From contig OX597827.1 of NCBI GenBank assembly GCA_951406725.2, positions 64,914,001 through 64,978,000 on the forward strand: a stretch of 64,000 nucleotides of DNA, read 5' to 3'. Position numbers and translations under genes: made by a program. Shown piece by piece: positions 55,968 to 64,000 of this stretch. The notes under the pieces were generated by a model. It worked only from the letters and a program-made list of their open reading frames with translations. It made no database searches and had not been told where the DNA came from. This DNA is from Octopus vulgaris (lineage: Eukaryota). Within the stretch, counting starts at the first letter, position 1; each line of letters begins with the position of its first letter.

Positions 55968-57014
55968 AATAATAATAATAATAATCATAATAATAATAAT
56001 AATAATATTAATAATAATAATAATAATAATAATAAATGCCCTGATGCAGTACCAGGCAGTGGCTCTCATGGCTTCTGATCTTAACTGATTGGAAGTGTTA
56101 TCATGTACATTGTTTTGTCTTGGTATAAAAGATGGGCTACAGCAAATATTCTGCTCAATACCACAGATTTGCTTGTCAGTTGTTTGATCTTAGCCAGTTG
56201 AGCATGTCCCTTAGTGGCTGACGATATGTGCATCTCTGATCACGAGTAGAAATAGTGGGGGAGCATCATAGCCGTGTGTTGAGAGGGCTTCTTTGGGGTT
56301 TGGATAATTCACCTCTGGAAACATGGGTGTTTCGTTCAACATCCTTAAACAACCCTTATTCAGGGACCTTTCGAGTGGGATGGGTTACTCGACCTGAAGA
56401 AAATTCTAACCGGGCCCCAATGAGATCACCATGTCGCGCACACATGGTTGTGATGCATGTGCCTAGTGTACCCTTATCAGACGGATAGTCATTATGGGTA
56501 TACTGGGCTTCGTATATTTTACCCCAGTATCACTTTGATGGCATGCACTGCTCTCTCACTCAATAATAATAATATGCTCAATACCACAGATTTGCTTGTC
56601 AGTTGTTTGACCTTAACCAGTTGAGCATGTCCTTTAGTGGCTGACGATATGTGCATCTCTGATCACGACCAGAAGTAGTGGGGGAGCATCATAGCCATGT
56701 ATTGAGAGGGATTCTTTGGAGTTTGAATAATTCACCTCTGGAAACATGGGTGTTTCGTTCAACGTCCTTAAGCAACACTTGTTCGGGGACCTTTTGAGCG
56801 GGATGGGCTACTCAACCTGAAGAATATTCTAACTGGGCCCCACCTGCAAGGTCATGCGCTGTTTATCTTGATATGAGATCACCATGTCGCGCACATATGG
56901 TTGTGATGCATGTGCTTGGTGTACCCTTATCAGACGGGTAGTCATGATGGGTATACTGGGCTTTGTATATTTTACCCCAGTGTCACTTTGATGGCATGCA
57001 CTGCTCTCTCACCC

Positions 57015-57015
<1 letters not shown>
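55342..57015 (+). mobile_element. Three same-orientation copies of a ~555 bp non-coding element separated by (TAA)n
   Basis: Copies at about 55342-55899, 56034-56562 (small internal deletion) and 56574-57015 (5'-truncated), all ending ctctctcac(t/c)c-aataataa. Confidence 0.85.
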
Positions 57016-57071
<56 letters not shown>

Positions 57072-57074
<3 letters not shown>

Positions 57075-57785
57075 CACCGGGGGACTTTTAAGAAGGAACA
57101 CCGTGGGACTTTTAAGAAGGAACACCGGGGGACTTTTAAGATGTAAGAAGGAAAATTCAGAGCTCCGAAACCTATCCACAAACATCGAAAACAAGGACAT
57201 CCTATGGAGCCAAAGTTTTACTAACAAAGAATTGGACTGTATCCGAGTAAGTAATACAAATTGAAATTTATTACTATTTTCGAAACGAAATGATGTATTT
57301 TGACTGATATAATCTCCACCTCTAACGCAACACATGTAAACATGCGTGAAACATCACGATCATCTCCGACCCCAAACACCATGTACAAAGGAACTACGAA
57401 GAAATTAAATGCCACCGATACTATTCAACCCAAGAATAACAATCGAGCGGTACGTACATTAAACCTACAACAAAAAATGTACGAAAAACTACACGTGCGA
57501 AATAATGTGACAACAGAAATAAACGGACCGGTACCCTACGAAAATGACGAACGTCAAAATAATGGGCCGGACGTTGTACCTCATGTCCCGCAAATAAAAC
57601 CCAAAAGACGTAAATGGACACGTGAGGAATACATTTCTATCTTACACGCATACTTCACAGCAGTACTCTAACCATCAGAGCATCACAACAAATCACAGCA
57701 CATACCCAAGGCACACAGAGCTGCGCTCGGTAGTGAAGTGAAAGCACGCTATAAAAATAAAAATAAAACTACTGAATAATAATAA
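57072..57785 (+). mobile_element. Internally deleted (bipartite) R4/Dong-like element in (TAA)n
   Basis: 5' region with three aacaccg.gggacttttaag repeats; ORF 57300-57671 ends RRKWTREEYISILHAYFTAVL and is joined directly to the same 3' UTR seen at 1780-1875. Confidence 0.75.
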
Positions 57786-58455
57786 TAACTTCTGATTTCG
57801 TACAGGTCCAGCTATTTTTACTGGAAATTTTGCGTGATTGAATCAACACATATATGTGAATATTTGTTACGGTGCTTTACTTTCTGTTTGTTAAATGCCA
57901 CTGAGGCCTGCTTTGCTTTTTCGTCCTTCTAGAGTCGGTAAAATAAATTACTTGTAAGTACTCAGGTTGATTTCATTGAGTAACCCATCACAGCAAATTC
58001 CTGGTCTTGTGACACAATTAGAAAGGAATTGTATATGTTGCTGTTTTATTATATATTCTTTGCTTTGAAAGAAAAAGGCAACCCTTTGTGATAGATCGGT
58101 ATTAATGTCTTTGTTTAGATTTTAGAATTTACTTGGTTTTAAATAGTGTTTCCAAAGATTACCTGGCCTAACGTTTTGTAAGAGAAAATAGCAAAACAAC
58201 AACAACAACAAAAAAAACAATAAAACACTTAAAAGAAATGTGCCTACGGCCTTATTTTAGGATTTGGTCTTTACTAAATACCATAGTCACGTTTATAAAA
58301 CACGTGGACATTTTTAAAGGCATCTAATCATCTTTTGTATGGCGGATGTTTCCGGGGATCTAAATCTAAGTTCGCGAGTTTCTGGTTTGTTGCATTGTAT
58401 ATTCTATCTTCGAAGAAGTCCGCGTATCTTTTTCCAGACATTTTGATTATAGTTT

Positions 58456-58535
58456 TAGAAACATTTGATAGAGTTTCTATGGTGAGGCAGGAATATAGAA
58501 ACATTTAATAGAGTTTCTATGGTGAGGCAGGAATA
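58456..58535. repeat. 40 bp tandem duplication
   Basis: tagaaacattt(g/a)atagagtttctatggtgaggcaggaata occurs twice. Confidence 0.85.
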
Positions 58536-59336
58536 TTCTTCAATGAATATTGTAGTCCATGTTATTATGTGTGGTGTGTGCTCATAGTGACAGCATCCTG
58601 CTGTTTTCGAACGCTTTTGTTACTTTATACAGAAAAACACAAAACTTCTTAATACGCGCACGCACGTACAGACAAACATAGCATGTGTGTATACTTATAT
58701 ATGCATACGTACATTAATAGATACTTACAGACACACATATACACACAGAACACACATATATGTTTATATATGTATTAAGCTAGGCCCTTAAAGATGCATA
58801 TATACATGCATAGATATTTAAACACATACACACGCAAAAACAATACATACACATATATATGATTACATATTTACTTAGCTAATGCCCTTTGCATTTCTGC
58901 TCGAAGTTTCAGCAAATTCTCCTTTCCTCGGGCAACAAATCTTCCTCCTGTGCTGAAAATTCGTAAAAGACAATAATACTAATAATAAAAAACTGAACAT
59001 GCCACCAGCGTGCATTTATTTGGCAGGCTATTCTCGTTTGCGTGCATCACACGTGTATGTTATGTAAGAGTTTTACGGGTTAAAAACGATAATTTACGAG
59101 TCGAAAGTAAAACTCATTAACTTGCAGAAGAAATAATCATCTTTATTCTTTTCTTGGAATTTTCCATTTGAATTACATACATTAGGGACATAAACTTCTT
59201 TTAGTTACCCATTCACGCATCTGCCGGATTTGAAAATCAATACTATATTCAAATTGAACAAGCTGGCACCGGATAGGTTTAAGAAGAGGGCAACTTACCG
59301 TATACAGGGTCATTAAAGGTATGATATAGAAAAACA

Positions 59337-59731
59337 AGGTGGCGAACTGGCAGAATCGTTAGTACGCCGGGCGAAATGCTTAGCGGTATTTCGTCTGCCG
59401 TTACGTTCTGAGTTCAAATTCCGCCGAGGTTGACTTTGCCTTTCATCCTTTCGGGGTCGATTAAATAAGTACCAGTTACGCCCTGGGGTCGCTATAATCC
59501 TTGTTTGTCCGCTCTGTGTTTAGCCCCTTGTGGGTAGTAAAGAAATAGGCATTTCGTCTACCGCTACGTTCTGAGTTTAAATTCCGCCGAGGTCGACTTT
59601 GCCTTTCATCCTTTCGGGGTCGATTAAGTAAGTACTAGTTACACACTGGGGTCGATATAATCGACTTAATCCGTTTGTCTGTCCTTGTTTGTCTTCTCTG
59701 TGTTAGCCCCTTGTGGGTAGTAACGAAATAA
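59337..59731 (+). mobile_element. SINE family B, head plus two body units, 18 bp TSD
   Basis: gtatgatatagaaaaaca at 59319-59336 and 59732-59749. Confidence 0.9.
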
Positions 59732-60074
59732 GTATGATATAGAAAAACATATAAAATTACCTGCTAGTATTTTTATGGACGTAGAGTAAAAACCACCAAC
59801 ACATACTTAGATGTAGTATATTTTCTAAATATAGTATTAAATTTCAACACTGGTAAACTACACCTCAATCGAAATCTAAACGAAGGAACACGTTGTACAT
59901 AAATAAGGGCGTTAAGCAGTCAACATCAGTTATAACGCGCACTGTAGGAAATATTACGACATATAGGTGTTAGTTTCTTGGCGTAATGATTAAATCTCTG
60001 CACTCTGAAACCAGTTGTCCATGTTTAACTCTCGGTGGGATCTAATGCATTTTCCTCAGATGATGGCTTTTTAT

Positions 60075-60245
60075 AGGCGCGGCCGTGGTTGTGTGGTTAA
60101 GAAACACGCTTTGCAAAGATATGGTTTCAAGTTCAGTCCCATTGCTTGTGGCAGCTTGGGCAAGTAGTTTCTATGATAGGCCTAGGTAAACAAAAACCTT
60201 GTGAGTGATTTTGAAGGACAGAATCTCTATGGAAGGCCTTTCTAT
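60075..60245 (+). mobile_element. Old degenerate family A-like SINE head
   Basis: ggcgcggccgtggttgtgtggttaag...agttcagtccca...ttgggcaagt. Confidence 0.6.
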
Positions 60246-60667
60246 GTAAATATACACAACTTCAATGTAATAACTCTGCAGCTAGGAGATAGACACACAC
60301 ACACACACACACACACGCACGCACACATACACACACACACATATATATATATATATGTGCTAATATTAAACAGTTATAATGTGTGTTCAACGCCACATTT
60401 GTGAATAAACAGTCTTTGTTTGTGGATTAAGAAAGCTACCGTTGGTTCCATGCCGAGAATTCTCAGAGGTTTATAAGGCTTGCCACATGGGGGCGTTGTT
60501 ACATGTCGATGGAATCGAAGAACAACTACCAATGTGAAAGAGGTAATACTTACTGACAATTTTCAGCACGAAACCAATGGTATCCATCGAAACCACAATC
60601 TTACGATCATGATGCTGACACCCTAACCACTAAGCCACGCGCCTCTACTATATATATATACACATGC

Positions 60668-60713
<46 letters not shown>

Positions 60714-60735
60714 ACCTACATATATATGTTCATAT

Positions 60736-60767
<32 letters not shown>

Positions 60768-60830
60768 TCATATATATACACACTTATATACACATATATA
60801 AACATATATATATATGTGTGTGTGTGTGTT

Positions 60831-60862
<32 letters not shown>

Positions 60863-61199
60863 TATATATATATATATAATATATATATATGTATGTATAT
60901 ATAAAGGGTAAAAATACCCAATCTATCTACTGTTCTCACTGCTGTTATCGAGAGTTCGAAATTTACTTTTATGTCTGTAAAATAACAAACACATTTGGCA
61001 CTTCCAAATATGTGTTTATAAAATGTTGTCGCCTTCCAAAAGCTATTATTCAACTTTAAAATTGACGAATGTTGTTGTCAGCGGGCCGTTTAGCTTAGTG
61101 CTAGATTACTTAGCGGGGATATGAATGGTACGGGTTCGGCTTCTAGCAACGTTTTTGTCACCTTCTGATCAGGGGGTGAAAATACCCATTTCTTTCTAC

Positions 61200-61608
61200 T
61201 TTCTTTTACTCTTTTACTCTTTTACTTGTTTCAGTCATTTGACTGCGGCCATGCTGGAGCACCGCCTTTTAATCGAGCAACTCGACCCCAGGACTTATTC
61301 TTTGTAAGCCCAGTACTTATTCAATCAGTCTCTTTTGCCGAACCGCTAGGTGACGGGGACATAAACACAACAGCATCGGTTGTCAAGCAATGCTAGGGGG
61401 ACAAACACAGACACACAAACATACACACGCACATATATATATATATATACATATATACGACAGGCTTCTTTCAGTTTCCATCTACCAAATCCACTCACAA
61501 GGCTTTGGTCAGCCCGAGGCTATAGCAGAAGACACTTGCCCAAGGTGCCACGCAGTGGGACTGAACCCGGAACCATGTGGTTGGTAAGCAAGCTACTTAC
61601 CACACAGC
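61200..61608 (-). mobile_element. SINE family A
   Basis: Reverse complement of the near-complete family A consensus. Confidence 0.9.
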
Positions 61609-61639
61609 TACAACTAATGTAAAAGCGGAAGAGGACACT

Positions 61640-62370
61640 GTATATATAACGGGCGGGGGGGGGGGGAAGAATTAAATTGGCATTAAAAAAAGGTAAAAAA
61701 ATCCATATTCCTTTTACAAATTTATTGAAAAAAATAATACATGTTCTTTATTATACGGAAAAATATTTCAACGTAAACACCGCTGGCGTTAACCACTCTC
61801 CTCAAACGACCACTGATGGAATAAACAACCTTCTGAAGGACGTCGTCTAAGGATATCATTGAGAACCTCCTGAATCCGTGTCTCCAAATCCTCCAGTGTG
61901 CGGGGTTTTGTCTTGTACACCTCTTATGTGTAACACCACAGATAAAAATCACCTGGAGTGAGATCGGTTCTTGGAGACCTGAACTTCTGGTCTTCAGCGG
62001 TCACAGTCTTCAAGTTTTAGCTCCTGCACGTAATGGGGTTTCCACGGACGGAAATTCAATTCTTTATGCAACACCGTACGTATTATGTGTCTTGTTAGTC
62101 CAATTTCACGAGCTGCTTGACGTTTTGTTTCTTTTGTAGGCGGCGACTAAACATTTCCTGAACTGTTGCCACGTTCTCTGCTGATCAGGATGTGGTTGGA
62201 CGGCCACTTCTTGCATCGTTCACAGAGCCCGTGGTCATAAGCTTTGCATGACAACATTTTATTGTTTCCAGACGTAATGTGACATGCTTACCTTTCCATG
62301 CACGTCACCATCTCTGAACCAAAACAATGGAATTCCACACTTCATAGCGTGCTGCAATCTTAGCTGGCTC
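61640..62370 (-). pseudogene. Decayed Tc1/mariner-superfamily transposase remnant
   Basis: Minus-strand C-terminus DVLQKVVYSISGRLRRVVNASGVYVE, preceded by a degenerate SPDLTP.DF.LWG motif (ccgatctcactccaggtgatttttatctgtggtg). Confidence 0.6.
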
Positions 62371-63113
62371 CTAAACAGTGAAGCGATGGCCATCTGGAAA
62401 ATAAGAAATAATAGATAAGACAATAAGAAAATAAGAAATCCCCATTAGTGTTGTCTGCTTGAAAAATGTTTTCGTCAAGACTTCAGCGATACTAAAAATT
62501 CTATAAGTAATTTCTAATGCATATTTATTTTTCATCCACCCTATATATTTAAATTTAGTATAAAATACATATAAAACATGATACACTTAACATACCCGAT
62601 TAGTCATGTGTAAAGTCATAGACAAGATGAATTTGGTATCTCAGAAAGTTAGTGAAGTTAATTCATGATAAAAAAACAAATAGCATTGTTAAGGTAAAAT
62701 CATACATGATTCTTGGTAGAGACTGTTGTTTTATACAATCGAGAAGTTTACGTTATTAAATATAGTTTTTGGCATCTTGAATACAAAGGAAGAAAAAAAG
62801 AACCTTTACACTTTGTTTAAGCAAATATTCGAATTACAAACTGATTGACTGCACAAATGACGCACGCAGTTGACATTATAAACAATGATACTTCAGAACA
62901 TTACTCCTGTGATGTCTAGATGTTAAGTCCTACGTATAATGTATAGTACTATATATACTAAACAATCCTAGTTATTTCGGCATGTACAGAGGAGTGTATT
63001 AGATAATGTATAATAATCTGCGTAATTTGAAAGAGATTTAGTTACTGAGCGAAGTAAATAAGAGCAAAACCATAAAATTCTTCTTCGTTCACTAATGCAA
63101 AGGATCGCTTTGT

Positions 63114-63251
63114 TTAATACATCGTTGAATACGTTGGTGGTGACGTTCTCTGTATAATATTTTTAACAGCAGTAGTAAGAGAAGCAAGAACTGAAGAAGC
63201 TTCAGTAACTGTTGCTAGAGTGTAGTCTTCATAACAAATAACGGCGGCCAT
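63114..63251 (-). other. Candidate first exon or short ORF (45 aa) in non-repetitive sequence
   Basis: aacATGG context; MAAVICYEDYTLATVTEASSVLASLTTAVKNIIQRTSPPTYSTMY*; two GGGGCGG boxes upstream at 63360-63377. No homology recognised. Confidence 0.2.
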
Positions 63252-63554
63252 GTTGTTAATATTTGATGTTGGTTAAATGATGTTAGAAATGGAAGGGTTG
63301 TTGACTGAAAGAGTTAATGTAGTTTTAGTTTAGAAGTTTTGGTGCTTTGGGCTTCTCAAGGGGCGGTTTGGGGCGGTGTGGTAGAGATTCAGAACAGCAT
63401 TGGCGTGACTTCAAAGTGACATAATTGGCAGTGTAGTTCCATTCAAAGAAAAGAAAAGGTGATTTCTTCAGTACTGACTTCCAATTAGTTCCTTGCTTAC
63501 AATTTACCAGTGTATATCGACTTCTGCCTCTTCGAATATCATTTGTACGTATGC

Positions 63555-63920
<366 letters not shown>

Positions 63921-64000
63921 TCTATATGTCTCCCTACTTGACTGTCGATCTGTGTCTCTCATTCTCTCTACCTTTCTCTGTCTCCTTTTATATATCTGAC

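Overview
AT-rich, microsatellite-saturated eukaryotic non-coding DNA. The SINE families and repeat landscape resemble an octopus (cephalopod) genome; this is recognised from memory, not searched. No intact host gene is supported, and nearly every ORF in the track is a translated microsatellite. The window is a mosaic of tRNA-derived SINEs (several families), R4/Dong-like LINE pieces inside (TAA)n tracts, Penelope-like (PLE) relics, Tc1/mariner fossils and MITEs, a Helitron-like element and a piggyBac-like MITE. The most notable signal is about 16 type I hammerhead-ribozyme (HHR) motifs in short non-coding elements, mostly bounded by (TA)n. Several are tandem and/or fold-back (inverted) multimers: a four-HHR palindromic array (12.5-14.2 kb), a perfect HHR palindrome (43.2 kb), and an inverted dimer of a tRNA-headed element ending in an HHR (48.6-49.3 kb). 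Other highlights are a SINE inserted as 1-, 2- or 5-unit concatemers within single TSD pairs, and an internally deleted bipartite Dong-like element. Coordinates were read by eye and element edges are approximate.
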